The notes beneath the pieces were generated by a model. That model had not been told where the DNA came from. It saw nothing but the letters and a program-made list of their open reading frames with translations, and ran no database searches. DNA of 37,411 nucleotides from the NCBI GenBank assembly GCA_051010975.1, contig JBPCUV010000357.1, positions 1-37,411 of the forward strand, given 5' to 3'. The stretch comes from Desulfocapsaceae bacterium. GTDB lineage: Bacteria > Desulfobacterota > Desulfobulbia > Desulfobulbales > Desulfocapsaceae. The position numbers and the translations under genes were made by a program. Positions 17,214 to 27,144 of this stretch are shown one piece after another; the stretch's first letter is position 1; every line of letters begins with the position of its first letter.

Positions 17214-18017
17214 ATGAAGTTATTTTCATATTTTCTGAGCTTTCTTATCTGTCTGGCTTTTTGGGGACTGTCATCGGCACAATCCACGGAAGATGCCAGG
17301 ACTATAATGGAACAGGTCGACGCTCGGGATGACGGTGACAATCAGACAGCCGATCTGCAGATGACATTAATCGATCAAAACGGCAACGAGCGTAAACGGA
17401 CAATTAAGCTTTTTTCCAAAGACAAGGACAGAGATACCTGGAGAATGCAGTTTTTCCTTACCCCTGCAGACGTCAAGGACACGGGTTTTCTCACCTACGA
17501 CAATTACGGCGGCGAAAAAGACGACGATCAGTGGCTCTACCTGCCTGATCTGCGAAAGACCAAGCGTATTGCCTCCTCTGACAAGTCCTCGTCGTTTATG
17601 GGTTCCGATTTTTCCTATGCCGATATGACCAGACGGGTGCTCGATGAATGGAGTTACAAGCTGCTCAAGGAAGATCTGGTAGATGGCCAGAAGGTCTGGC
17701 TGATTGAAAATCTGCCGGTTTCAAAGGCGGTCGAGGATCGCTACGGCTACAAGAAATCCATTGTTTATGTCAGGCAGGATAATTTTATGATTATCCGGGC
17801 AATCCATGTGTTGAAATCTGGCAACAAGGTTAAATACATGGAGGTGAAGGAGATCGATCAAATCGACGGAATCTGGGTGGCGGTTGAAACATGGATGAAA
17901 ACCACCAGAAATAAAAGGACATTACATAGAACCATCCTGACCATGGACAATATTAAATATAATCAGGGACTCGATGAGTCTATTTTCTCTGTCAGGCAAC
18001 TGGAAAAAGGGTTGTAA
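17214..18017 (+). CDS. Outer-membrane lipoprotein-sorting (LolA-like) protein
   Basis: Signal peptide MKLFSYFLSFLICLAFWGLSSA. TEDARTIMEQVDARDDGDNQTADLQMTLIDQNGNERKRTIKLFSK...FLTPADVKDTGFLTY is typical of the LolA-like proteins that accompany MMPL transporters. The start lies 1 nt after the MMPL stop, with SD GGAGGG. Confidence 0.85.
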   Translation: MKLFSYFLSFLICLAFWGLSSAQSTEDARTIMEQVDARDDGDNQTADLQMTLIDQNGNERKRTIKLFSKDKDRDTWRMQFFLTPADVKDTGFLTYDNYGGEKDDDQWLYLPDLRKTKRIASSDKSSSFMGSDFSYADMTRRVLDEWSYKLLKEDLVDGQKVWLIENLPVSKAVEDRYGYKKSIVYVRQDNFMIIRAIHVLKSGNKVKYMEVKEIDQIDGIWVAVETWMKTTRNKRTLHRTILTMDNIKYNQGLDESIFSVRQLEKGL

Positions 18018-18030
18018 AACTTTTTTTGGT

Positions 18031-19461
18031 ATGAAGAAGATTGTCGTTCTTTCGACGATTATCATCGTCTTGATTGCAGTCACGACAATCTCCTGGGCCG
18101 ACGAACTGGACAATCTTCTGTCCGGCTTCGAAGAGGGGGGGGAACCTGCCACTGAAAAAGATGGCGCCGGGGATATTGATGAGTTGTTAGGTGGCTTTGA
18201 GCAAGAGAACCAATCTCTGCCCCGGTCAGACGATTCGGTCGACCCTGTTTTTCCGGATTGGCTGCAACTGAGTGGCAGCCTCGCTCTTTCTTCCACAGTC
18301 AATTTTTCGCAGCAAGCGCCGCTTACTGATCAACCCGACTATCGCGGATTATCGATGTTTCGGGGAGTGGCCGAACTGCTTAGCGATGTACATCAAGACA
18401 ATTGGAAGGCACGGGTCGGCATCGCCATGTTTTACGACGCCGCCTATCACCTGAATGGGCAGCGACAGTTCTATACAGATGAGTTTCTCGACCAGTACGA
18501 GAGTGAAATAAGACTGAATGAAGCCTACCTCCAGGCAGACCTCACTGCCAAGCTGGATTTGAAAATCGGTAGGCAGATCGTAGTTTGGGGAAAATCAGAC
18601 AACATTAGAGTCACCGATATTCTCAATCCTCTGGATCTCAGATGGCCGGGCCTGGTTGATATCAGATTTCTCCGATTACCAGTTACGATGACCAAACTCG
18701 ATTATTACCAGGGTAACTGGAATCTTGGAGGAATGGTAATTCACGAGCCAAGATTTAATAAATTTCCCGTATACAATAGCGAATTCTATCCATTCAGCAG
18801 AGCCATTCCAGATCCTGAAGAACCTGGGGTGAGTTGGTCGAATCAGCAGGCAGCACTGAGTCTCAACGGAATTTTCAGTGGTTGGGATGTTGCTTTTTAC
18901 GCGGCCTATGTATTCGACAAAACCCCCTATTTTGCCGATTCCGTATCGGGCCAGCGGCAATATGATAGCGTTTTTTTTGCGGGGGGCGCCGTAAATTTTG
19001 CAGTCGGCAACTGGCTGCTGAAGGGGGAAGCTGCTATCTGGGACGGATTACAATTTTCAACCATCGATGAAGATAAACAGCGCGTCGACATGCTGATCGG
19101 CGTGGATTATTCAGGATTTACCGAAACCACTATCACCCTGGAATTCGCCAACCGACATCTCGTCGATTTTGATGACCGGCTCAGCCAACCGCCTGACGGT
19201 CAGAAAGAAGACTGGCGCCAGTTTGCCTTCAGGCTTACCAGGGACTTTCTCAACGATACACTGCATTTGACTCTGCTCTTTTCATCCTATGGGATCTTTG
19301 CCGGTGAAGGAGGATTCGAACGATTTCAACTGGAATATGATCTGAGTGACAGTCTCAAATTGACCGGTGGAGTAGTGCTTTACCAGTCGGGAGATTACCC
19401 GTCTTTCCAGGATATGGCTGACAACGACCGACTTCTCTTTGAGGTTGAATACAGGTTCTAA
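18031..19461 (+). CDS. Putative outer-membrane beta-barrel protein (DUF1302-like)
   Basis: Signal peptide MKKIVVLSTIIIVLIAVTTISWA. It has the motif LKIGRQIVVWGKSDNIRVTDILNP and an alternating-strand C-terminus ending ...LLFEVEYRF, with the terminal Phe typical of OM barrels. Confidence 0.7.
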   Translation: MKKIVVLSTIIIVLIAVTTISWADELDNLLSGFEEGGEPATEKDGAGDIDELLGGFEQENQSLPRSDDSVDPVFPDWLQLSGSLALSSTVNFSQQAPLTDQPDYRGLSMFRGVAELLSDVHQDNWKARVGIAMFYDAAYHLNGQRQFYTDEFLDQYESEIRLNEAYLQADLTAKLDLKIGRQIVVWGKSDNIRVTDILNPLDLRWPGLVDIRFLRLPVTMTKLDYYQGNWNLGGMVIHEPRFNKFPVYNSEFYPFSRAIPDPEEPGVSWSNQQAALSLNGIFSGWDVAFYAAYVFDKTPYFADSVSGQRQYDSVFFAGGAVNFAVGNWLLKGEAAIWDGLQFSTIDEDKQRVDMLIGVDYSGFTETTITLEFANRHLVDFDDRLSQPPDGQKEDWRQFAFRLTRDFLNDTLHLTLLFSSYGIFAGEGGFERFQLEYDLSDSLKLTGGVVLYQSGDYPSFQDMADNDRLLFEVEYRF

Positions 19462-19467
19462 CAAAAA

Positions 19468-19511
19468 CACCTGTATTCCGTTTGAGGGGTTGGATATCCG
19501 GAATACAGGTG
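19468..19511. terminator. Perfect 13-bp stem hairpin between convergent genes
   Basis: CACCTGTATTCCG (19468-19480), 18-nt loop, CGGAATACAGGTG (19499-19511). Read on the minus strand it is followed by TTTTTGT, so it fits an intrinsic terminator for panB. It may also stop the + strand operon, which ends 7 nt upstream. Confidence 0.6.
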
Positions 19512-19514
19512 CGA

Positions 19515-19555
19515 GCTATCCATCTGCAGATCAATACTCCCTTAGGATGGATAGC
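19515..19555. terminator. Second hairpin with a 10-bp perfect stem, just downstream of the panB stop
   Basis: GCTATCCATC (19515-19524), 21-nt loop, GATGGATAGC (19546-19555). No clear U-tract and a large loop. Confidence 0.35.
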
Positions 19556-19577
19556 GAGGAGGAGTATCAGATTAATA

Positions 19578-20423
19578 TCAGGCGGCGCCGAACTCCTTCT
19601 GGATGGCTTCCAGTACCTCGTCAGACATCTTATAACTGTGTTCTTCACCAGGAAACTTACCGGTAAGAACCTCTTCCTTGTATTGCTTGAAGGTGTCGAT
19701 CATCACCTCACCAAATTTTTGATACTGCTTGGCAAATGATGGGGTGAAATTGTCATACATGCCGAGTACGTCGGGGGTTACCAGCAGTTGGCCGGAACAT
19801 TTGGGGCCGCCGCCGATGCTGATGGTCGGGACATCCAGCTTTTTGGTTACATAATCGGAAAGTTTGGCCGGAACCGCTTCGAATATGATGGAGAAGGCTC
19901 CTGCTTCCTGCAGGGCCAGCGCCTCAGACACGACTTTGCGGGCAGAATCCATATCTTTTCCCTGTACCTTCAGGCCGCCAAGGGCTCCGACCGCCTGGGG
20001 GTGCAGCCCGACATGACCGACTACCGGAATACCCATCTGGACGATTGCTTTGGTCTTTTCGATGTGGTGCGGGGTAGCCTCGAACTTCACACCGTCAACC
20101 TTTGCTTCGGTAATAAAGCGAGCTGCGTTTTTCATCGTATCCTCTATCGAATACTGAAAGGATCCAAAAGGCATATCGGCGATCACCATAGTCCTGTCAC
20201 AGGCTCTGGCCACTGCAGCACAATGCAGCACCATCATATCCATGGTAGCGGTTAATGTGGTGGGATGGCCGTGAACGACCATGGCGCAGCTGTCGCCCAC
20301 CAGAATCATATCAATGCCTGCGTCGTTGACTTTTTTTGCTGTCGGATAATCATAAGCCGTCAGCATGGTGATGGTTTCCTTGTTGTCCCGCATGGCCTGA
20401 ATTGTTTTTACCGTATGTTTCAT
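19578..20423 (-). CDS. panB: 3-methyl-2-oxobutanoate hydroxymethyltransferase (ketopantoate hydroxymethyltransferase)
   Basis: Collinear with E. coli PanB as I recall it: ...ITMLTAYDYPTAKKVNDAGIDMILVGDSCAMVVHGH..., ADMPFGSFQ, GHVGLHPQ, GGLKVQGK, ...GKFPGEEHSY. Confidence 0.9.
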   Translation of the reverse strand: MKHTVKTIQAMRDNKETITMLTAYDYPTAKKVNDAGIDMILVGDSCAMVVHGHPTTLTATMDMMVLHCAAVARACDRTMVIADMPFGSFQYSIEDTMKNAARFITEAKVDGVKFEATPHHIEKTKAIVQMGIPVVGHVGLHPQAVGALGGLKVQGKDMDSARKVVSEALALQEAGAFSIIFEAVPAKLSDYVTKKLDVPTISIGGGPKCSGQLLVTPDVLGMYDNFTPSFAKQYQKFGEVMIDTFKQYKEEVLTGKFPGEEHSYKMSDEVLEAIQKEFGAA

Positions 20424-20474
20424 CTGGGTTACTCCTTATTATGAGTTTTGGGTTTAATTGAATTTGTCTTGATA

Positions 20475-21884
20475 TCAGTCTATTTTTTTTACAATCTGAG
20501 CAAGCGCGTCATCTTCTCCGACATTTCCGGGGAATACGATATAGGTCATACCTGGATAACGGGTTTCTTTACCGCACCGCCAGGCCGGAACACCCGGCAG
20601 AGCTTGACCGATTACCATTGCCCTCTTGATGCCTAGCGCCTTGGTGGCGATATCACTTGAAGTAATACCTCCCTTGGCAACCAGATAGCGCGGTTGACTT
20701 GTTATGTTGCTGACGATTTCCACCAGACTTTCAGAAACGATCCGACCGATTTCCAGGCTGGAGGCAGCATCACTGCCGGTAACGAGCGATCTGCTGGTAT
20801 ATATTGCCGCGTCTGCACCCGAACCAAGTGTCTGATTGGTAAGTGAGATGACTCGATCAATCTCAGACCTTCTATTGTCTTCATCGAGAAGTTCATCTAC
20901 CTGTACTTCGATGGCTTCAATTTCGGTGAGATCAAAGAGTGCACTGACTTGTGATGTAGTTTTCGGCACATAGGAACCAATAACGAACAGTCCTCCGTGG
21001 GCGCTGGGAGTCACCAGTTTTTCGCCGGACAACAGACCGTCTCCCGCATCTAAGCCGATTCGAGATCTGACGAAGGAGGCGGCAGTCCGATACAAGAATT
21101 CATAGCCTTCATTCTCAACCTTTATCAGGGCTGCGACCACCACTTCCATATCCCTGTAGCTGGCAGCGTTGATAAAGCAGGCGGCCCCTCTGGGAACAGA
21201 TCTGAAGATGTCGGCAACCTTGTCAGGCCCACCCACTCTGATGTCCTGCAGGCTTACTGCTATAACTTCTTCGGCTTTAATTTTTCCGCCGGTCTTTTCT
21301 TCGATATAGTTCTTCAGATTTGAATTAATAAAACCAAAGGCAGCATCTTTGGCGAACGGTGTCAGGGCTGCAGGAACCAGTGAGTCCCTCTCTTTGACAT
21401 AATGGATATCGTTAAGCGTATAGCGCCCGCCTTCAAGGAAGAACGGAACGATAAGATAGGGAAGTTGGTCTTTTTTAAGAGCTCGAGCAGAAACATCTAC
21501 CTCTGAGGGAAAATGGCCTCGCAGCGTAGAGTCGCTTCGGCTTATCACTACCACACGAACTCCTGAATTTTCTGAAGCCTGATAGAGATTTTCTCCTATT
21601 TCACGGGCCAGCTCACAGGCTGCATCCTCGGGCAGACTTCTGCTGTTTGTCAGAATGAAGAAGGCCGGGAAATCGCCTGATAATTCTGCTTCAAGGGCAG
21701 CCACCGACCAGGTCGTCAATACGGGAATGTCCCGCACCGTCTGTGTACCTGTAGGGTCATCGTCGAGCACGACAACTTTATAGGTCGATTGACCAAGCTC
21801 TTGCTGAATTCTGGGTAGCAGGTCCGTCTGCCACTCGGGCGGCAGGGTGTCAAGATAGCTTATATCAATGGTTGGTTCGCTCAT
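20475..21884 (-). CDS. Four-carbon acid-sugar kinase family protein (DUF1537; OtnK/DtnK family)
   Basis: N-terminal VVVLDDDPTGTQTV motif, and C-terminal LVAKGGITSSDIA...GVPAW...IVFPGNVGEDDAL. The length of 469 aa is typical. Confidence 0.9.
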   Translation of the reverse strand: MSEPTIDISYLDTLPPEWQTDLLPRIQQELGQSTYKVVVLDDDPTGTQTVRDIPVLTTWSVAALEAELSGDFPAFFILTNSRSLPEDAACELAREIGENLYQASENSGVRVVVISRSDSTLRGHFPSEVDVSARALKKDQLPYLIVPFFLEGGRYTLNDIHYVKERDSLVPAALTPFAKDAAFGFINSNLKNYIEEKTGGKIKAEEVIAVSLQDIRVGGPDKVADIFRSVPRGAACFINAASYRDMEVVVAALIKVENEGYEFLYRTAASFVRSRIGLDAGDGLLSGEKLVTPSAHGGLFVIGSYVPKTTSQVSALFDLTEIEAIEVQVDELLDEDNRRSEIDRVISLTNQTLGSGADAAIYTSRSLVTGSDAASSLEIGRIVSESLVEIVSNITSQPRYLVAKGGITSSDIATKALGIKRAMVIGQALPGVPAWRCGKETRYPGMTYIVFPGNVGEDDALAQIVKKID

Positions 21885-21893
21885 GTGTTTGAT

Positions 21894-22859
21894 TTATTTG
21901 AGTGAGAAAATGTTTTGTTCGATGAACTTCCAGGTTTCGATATAATCACCTTTGGCCATCAATAATTCCAGTTCGGCTACCTCGATTTGGTCAAACAGCT
22001 GCCAGATCTTTGTCGTAAGTCTGCTGTTTGCCTCGAAGGTTCCTCTGATATCCCACCTTGTCGGAGAGGTATCGGAAGTGAAATAGTCATTGTAGTTGTA
22101 CTTCTTCAGGTAATAGAGGAATTCAACGTAATCGAGGAAGTGCTTGGTGCCGCAGAAATAGTCCCAATCCCACTTGCCGTCATTATCGTTGATGTGGATG
22201 TAGTATTTATAGGGACTGGCCTCAAGCAGGGAGACTGCCTCGGCCGGGTTTTCGCTGCCGTACATGGAGTGTCCAAAATCAAGGGTCACGCCCATGTCGT
22301 CGATCTTGATATCATTGAGCAGACAAAGCGCCTTGGCGGCGGTATCGACAAAGCACCTGCCCCTTGTCTCGCTGGGCTTGTATTCAACGTATAGAGGTAT
22401 TTCCCTGCGGTAGTCTCCCGCTTCCGAGAAGGTCTCGATCAAGTGTTTCCAGGCCAGCGCGTAGTCGTTCTGGAAGGCAAATTCGTAACCGTCGCCCAGT
22501 GGACAGCAGGTAACCTTGTCGGCTCCAATATCCGCGGCAAAGTCTTTTGCATTTTTAATGAACTGGACAGCTTTTTCCCTGACCACCTTCTCGAGTGAGG
22601 TTACACCGCCGTTGCGAAATTCCGGTTCGGCCTTGACATTGACATTTACGGCAGCCACATCGAGATTGTATTTTTCAAGCGCCGATCTGGTCTCCTGGAC
22701 GTCGTTCACTTCATACGGATAAACAACTTCTACTCCGCTGTATCCTTCGATATTAGATAAAAGGGAGAACTTTTCATCAAGGGTAAGCGGCTTATTATAC
22801 TCGTGAAAACGATCTTTTGTTTGTGATAGAAAGCTCGTGATAATTGCCAGTTTCAGCAT
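21894..22859 (-). CDS. Xylose-isomerase-like TIM-barrel sugar isomerase/epimerase
   Basis: VEYKPSETRGRCF (compare the XylA EPKP.EP motif), DFGHSMYGSENPAE and IHINDNDG are metal-site motifs of the AP_endonuc_2/xylose-isomerase-like fold. Confidence 0.85.
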   Translation of the reverse strand: MLKLAIITSFLSQTKDRFHEYNKPLTLDEKFSLLSNIEGYSGVEVVYPYEVNDVQETRSALEKYNLDVAAVNVNVKAEPEFRNGGVTSLEKVVREKAVQFIKNAKDFAADIGADKVTCCPLGDGYEFAFQNDYALAWKHLIETFSEAGDYRREIPLYVEYKPSETRGRCFVDTAAKALCLLNDIKIDDMGVTLDFGHSMYGSENPAEAVSLLEASPYKYYIHINDNDGKWDWDYFCGTKHFLDYVEFLYYLKKYNYNDYFTSDTSPTRWDIRGTFEANSRLTTKIWQLFDQIEVAELELLMAKGDYIETWKFIEQNIFSLK

Positions 22860-22885
22860 GGTTGATCTCCTAATTGTTTCTCGGC

Positions 22886-24418
22886 TTAACTTACGGTTAA
22901 ATTTTTAAATATTTTCGCCTTGAACTTGGCGATCAGTCGTTTGTACCATCCGAACTGACTCAGGACGGTAAGGACGATAATGATGAAAAGAATCAATGAG
23001 ACGGGTCTGGTGATTACCGGCATAAAACTGCCCTGGGAGACCATCAGTGCCCGGCGCAGATTCTCATCGGCCATGGGTCCCAGGATTACGCCGATTACCA
23101 GCGGGGCGATCGGGTAGCCCATATTGGTGAGGAAATAGCAAATAATGCCTACCGGCAGCATCAGGTAAAGATTGAAAATATTCAAACCTAGTGAGTATGA
23201 GCCGATGATGCAAAGCACTCCAATGATTGGCATAAAGAGCGGGGTAGGTATATTCAATACCTTAACCACCTGCTTGGCCAGAATCATACCGGTGATCCAC
23301 ATGGCCATTGAGGCAAGCAGTAGAATTGCAGCTACCTCAAGAATGAAAGTTGGATGCTCAAAACTCATCATTGGGCCCGGCGTAACTCCATGAAGCATCA
23401 GCGCCCCCAGCAGCATTGCTGCAGGAGGACTGCCTGGAATACCCAAGTTCAGAAGCGGAATCATGGCCCCGCCGACACAGGCGTTATTGGCGGTCTCACT
23501 GGCAATAACGCCTTTAAGTTCGCCGGTACCGAAGGTTTCGGGATGTTTGGACGTGTTTTTGGCAGTGCCGTAGGAGACCCAGCCGGCAATATCTTCACCG
23601 ATACCGGGGACGGCGCCGATACCCACACCGATTAGAGCGGAGCGGATGATGGCCGGAATGTTTTTTAAAACAGTGCCTATCTCGGGGATGATGCGCTGTA
23701 ACTTCTTCGCTTTCGGCATAGTGGTCCTAGATCTGAGCACATCGATGATCTGAGGTATACCGAACGCACCAATCAGCACGGGTACCACCTCGATACCACT
23801 CTCAAGTTGGCTGATTCCGAAGGTGAACCGAGGGAAGAACTGAAGTTGATCTCGACCGATGCAGGCCAGAAAGAGTCCGAGAAACCCAGCAATCCAGCCC
23901 TTTATTACCAGATCCGGTGCGGTCAGGGTTCCGCTGATAAGAATACCGAAAAATGCCAGCAGGAAAAACTCAAAGGAGGTAAATTCCAGGGCGAAATTCG
24001 AAATCAACGGTGAGATGCTGACAACGAACAGCATACTGACCATCGTGCCAATGGCGGAGGCGGTAGTGGTCAAGCCGATTGCCCGGCCTCCTTCTCCTTT
24101 TACTGCCAGAGGGTAGCCGTCCATCGCTGTTGCCGCTGCGGCGGCGGTACCGGGAATGTTGATCAGGATAGACGCATAGGAGCCACCGTAAGTTCCACCG
24201 ACGTATATGGCAAGCAGACAGATCATCGCCATCGGTGTATCCATCGAGTAAGTAAGAGCAGTTAGAAGGGCGACACCGAGAGTCGACGTAAGGCCGGGCA
24301 TGGCCCCGAAAAGAATACCCAGCAGTACCGAGCCGAATAAAACAGCAAGGGAAACAGGATCGGTCACCATGCCGCCGGCGATTTCGAAAAATGTTTGGAT
24401 TCTCTCTATAAAGACCAT
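22886..24418 (-). CDS. tctA: Tripartite tricarboxylate transporter (TTT) large permease
   Basis: 510 aa and polytopic. GAMPGLTSTLGVALL...GGTYGGSYASILINIPGTAAAAAT...LNLGIPGSPPAAMLLGALMLHGVTPGP are typical TctA motifs. Confidence 0.9.
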   Translation of the reverse strand: MVFIERIQTFFEIAGGMVTDPVSLAVLFGSVLLGILFGAMPGLTSTLGVALLTALTYSMDTPMAMICLLAIYVGGTYGGSYASILINIPGTAAAAATAMDGYPLAVKGEGGRAIGLTTTASAIGTMVSMLFVVSISPLISNFALEFTSFEFFLLAFFGILISGTLTAPDLVIKGWIAGFLGLFLACIGRDQLQFFPRFTFGISQLESGIEVVPVLIGAFGIPQIIDVLRSRTTMPKAKKLQRIIPEIGTVLKNIPAIIRSALIGVGIGAVPGIGEDIAGWVSYGTAKNTSKHPETFGTGELKGVIASETANNACVGGAMIPLLNLGIPGSPPAAMLLGALMLHGVTPGPMMSFEHPTFILEVAAILLLASMAMWITGMILAKQVVKVLNIPTPLFMPIIGVLCIIGSYSLGLNIFNLYLMLPVGIICYFLTNMGYPIAPLVIGVILGPMADENLRRALMVSQGSFMPVITRPVSLILFIIIVLTVLSQFGWYKRLIAKFKAKIFKNLTVS

Positions 24419-24433
24419 TGTCTAAGCCTCCTT

Positions 24434-25201
24434 TTACGACCAGATTTCAGCATACCAGATCGCATCAAGCAGGCTGACTACGAGGCCCTCATGCGGCATC
24501 GGGACCAGCAGGAAGTATTTAAAAGTGACGCCGATGGTAAAAGGAGCGATGAATCCAATCAACAGGCTAAGTTTATATTTAGGCATCAACTCGGCATCTT
24601 TAGCTATTTTGTAATAGTGAAAAATCAACCAGACGGTGAAGACAATCACTAGAATATCTGAGGAAAAGAAAGCGAAGGTGTCAATTTTATCTGCCAGTCC
24701 GGTAGTAATAAACACAGTGAGAATGACAGCACCGATAATGATCTGATAAATCAATGCGACTATTCCCTCATCACCACCGCAATAAAACATGAAGAAAAAC
24801 ACAAGAAGAAAGATTGTCGCCGCCAGAAAAAAATCGATCTGCGGGATGAGAATGAAAACGAAGACGAAAAGATTCAGAACGATACCATAAAACCTTATGG
24901 TGACCGGCTGCTTAAGAAAATCTGCAAAGTCTGAACTGCCAAGATATTTTAATACTGATTTTACCCCAACCACACCTACTTCTCTTAAAGCCGTGCGAAT
25001 AAGCAAGAGGCCAAGAAGAGCAAGAATACTACCTATTAGTAGAGGAAACAGTGCGGGAGATACGTACCAGACGTTCTGGACACCCGCGTAGCTGTCTTTC
25101 ATGGGCATCTGAAAGGCCTCATAGACAGAATAGATGCCCAGGCAAAGAATTGCCGTGCCCGAGAAAATATCGGCTTTTCTCAGTTTTTCAATTTCAATCA
25201 T
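24434..25201 (-). CDS. tctB: TTT small membrane subunit, TctB-like but unusually long (about 255 aa)
   Basis: It lies between tctC and tctA. Its N-terminus, KADIFSGTAILCLGIYSVYEAFQMP, resembles TctB, and extra TM helices follow. The start is uncertain: ATG 25201 is preferred, ATG 25258 is possible. Confidence 0.65.
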   Translation of the reverse strand: MIEIEKLRKADIFSGTAILCLGIYSVYEAFQMPMKDSYAGVQNVWYVSPALFPLLIGSILALLGLLLIRTALREVGVVGVKSVLKYLGSSDFADFLKQPVTIRFYGIVLNLFVFVFILIPQIDFFLAATIFLLVFFFMFYCGGDEGIVALIYQIIIGAVILTVFITTGLADKIDTFAFFSSDILVIVFTVWLIFHYYKIAKDAELMPKYKLSLLIGFIAPFTIGVTFKYFLLVPMPHEGLVVSLLDAIWYAEIWS

Positions 25202-25316
25202 GACGAATTGGTTCGAATAGTAAATAAGGCCGGGCATGTACCCATTGCTGATTGGCAATGCCCGGCCTAAGAGTCGATATCTTTAGATATCTAGGCTGTA
25301 AAATTGATACGCCGGA

Positions 25317-26321
25317 CTACGGTTTGGGAATTCCAAGTGTATCCGGGCTGACTTTAGCTGCACCAAGCTCATGCAGGGTCCAGGCGAAATTGGACTGCAG
25401 GGCTGCGAAGATCTTGCGAGATTCTTCGCCGGTTGCACCAGACAGCAGGTAGTAGTTCTCTTTAGCCCAGGTCTTAACCTTATCGGTTGCGATAGCCTTG
25501 TTGAAGGCATCGATGAGTACATCTTTTGCTTCTTGAGGTACGTCATTCGGTACCGCAAAACCGATGGCCTGCGAAATCGGCAGGTACTCCGAGAGGCCCG
25601 GGTAGGCATCGAAACCTGACGGAATCGAACCGAGACCCTCTACTTCGAAGGCATCCGGAATCAGCATCGCCAGAGGCGTAAGCTTGCCACCGCGAAGAAG
25701 CTGTTGTTGCTCGGCAAGAGAAGTTACCACTACGGTGACTTCACCGGCCATTGCTGCATTCTGGCTCGGTGCTGAACCTTTGTAGGGGATGAAATTGAAC
25801 TTAGCACCGGAACCTTTTTCCAGGGCAAGCAGATTCAGATGATGGATCGAACCAGCGCCACTCGCTGCCGCCTTGATGGAGCCCGGATCTTTTTTGGCTG
25901 CTTCCACGAGATCCTTGAGGGTCTTGTAAGGAGCATTTGCGGTGACCGAAATAAGATCAGGGGAACCGCCAACGATGAAGGGGTCCCAGACGTCGAAGTT
26001 TTTGTCCCAGCCGCCCTGCACACCAGCGGTGACATTTGACTCGGACAAACCGGTAAGTGTGTATCCGTCGTGGTCTTGGCTGAATCCATGGGTCATGCCG
26101 ACAGAACCGGCAACGCCACCGGTCTTGTTGATAACGTTGACGTTCACACCAAGAAACGGGGCCATTTCTGCAGAAATGATGCGATTACAGGTATCGGTAC
26201 CCCCGCCTGCGCCCCAGACAACTACGTTGGTTATATTTCTGCTGGGAAATTTCTTTGCTGCATAGGCACTGCAGGACAGTGTCAGAAAAACTGCCATGGC
26301 GATAAGTAAAATTCTTCTCAT
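25317..26321 (-). CDS. tctC: TTT periplasmic substrate-binding protein (Bug/TctC family)
   Basis: Signal peptide, then FPSRNITNVVVWGAGGGTDTCNRIISAEMAPFLGVNVNVINKTGGVAGSVG, the canonical Bug-family N-terminal motif. SD GGGAGG. Confidence 0.9.
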   Translation of the reverse strand: MRRILLIAMAVFLTLSCSAYAAKKFPSRNITNVVVWGAGGGTDTCNRIISAEMAPFLGVNVNVINKTGGVAGSVGMTHGFSQDHDGYTLTGLSESNVTAGVQGGWDKNFDVWDPFIVGGSPDLISVTANAPYKTLKDLVEAAKKDPGSIKAAASGAGSIHHLNLLALEKGSGAKFNFIPYKGSAPSQNAAMAGEVTVVVTSLAEQQQLLRGGKLTPLAMLIPDAFEVEGLGSIPSGFDAYPGLSEYLPISQAIGFAVPNDVPQEAKDVLIDAFNKAIATDKVKTWAKENYYLLSGATGEESRKIFAALQSNFAWTLHELGAAKVSPDTLGIPKP

Positions 26322-26410
26322 TACAACCTCCCATTGTAGTAGTTAATGGTACGTGAATTGATTATTTGTTCTTTTAGATTCGAGAACCTCGCAACAGCTT
26401 TACTTCCGTT

Positions 26411-27103
26411 TTACCGGTTGTTCACCTCCTTCCGCAAAGATTTGTCTGATTGTATCTCTTCGATGAGTGTTGCAGCGGTTGTTTGCAAATGAAATCGCAT
26501 TGCCTCCTCAGCTGCTATAGGATCGTGACTGCATATCGCCTCGATGATGTCGATATGCTCCTGGATTGTCTCGTTCGGGGTACGTATCAAACCCTCTCTG
26601 GTGGGATAGAGGTAGGCCAGCGAGACAATATTATAGGTTTGTAGAATTGAACTCAGAAATTCGCGCGAGCTTATTTCAGCGAGCAAATTGTGAAATTTTC
26701 TGTCAGCTACAGAGTAGGCTTGGTAATCGGTAATGTTGCTGACTTTGGCAAAGGGAGCGAAAATATTTCTGAGTTGCGTACACTGTGCAGCGGTTATGGA
26801 GTGGGCCGCTCTTCGAGCTGACAAACCCTCGAGAACTTCGCGGATCTCAAAAATCGAGACAAGTTCCTCCAATGAAAAAAGCCTGACAAAAAATCCCCGA
26901 CGCGGCTTAGTCTCAATAAGTTTTTCCTGCTCCAGAAATTTTAAGGCACTGATTAAAGGGGTTCGGCTTATGCCTAGATCTGCAGCGAGTTTTTCCTGTG
27001 GAATTTTCTCACCTGGTTTAAGCTCACGATTCTCAATCATATCCTTTATGATCTGATAGGCTTTTTGATCGAGATTAGTGGATGTGATCAGTGGTTTTTT
27101 CAT
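26411..27103 (-). CDS. GntR-family transcriptional regulator (FadR/FCD subfamily)
   Basis: The winged HTH is KAYQIIKDMIENRELKPGEKIPQEKLAADLGISRTPLISALKFLEQEKLIETKPRRGFFV, followed by an all-helical FCD-type C-terminus. I prefer ATG 27103 (MKKPLITS...) to 27151. Confidence 0.9.
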   Translation of the reverse strand: MKKPLITSTNLDQKAYQIIKDMIENRELKPGEKIPQEKLAADLGISRTPLISALKFLEQEKLIETKPRRGFFVRLFSLEELVSIFEIREVLEGLSARRAAHSITAAQCTQLRNIFAPFAKVSNITDYQAYSVADRKFHNLLAEISSREFLSSILQTYNIVSLAYLYPTREGLIRTPNETIQEHIDIIEAICSHDPIAAEEAMRFHLQTTAATLIEEIQSDKSLRKEVNNR

Positions 27104-27134
27104 GGTGAGATCCAGGCCGAAGAGCCATTGAATA

Positions 27135-27144
27135 TTGTATACAA
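27135..27144. promoter_or_regulatory. Perfect palindrome TTGTATACAA, candidate GntR-family operator
   Basis: It matches the GT-N-AC palindromic core used by FadR-subfamily GntR regulators. It sits about 30-40 nt upstream of the GntR ATG (27103) in the divergent promoter region and is flanked by AATATT on both sides. Confidence 0.4.
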
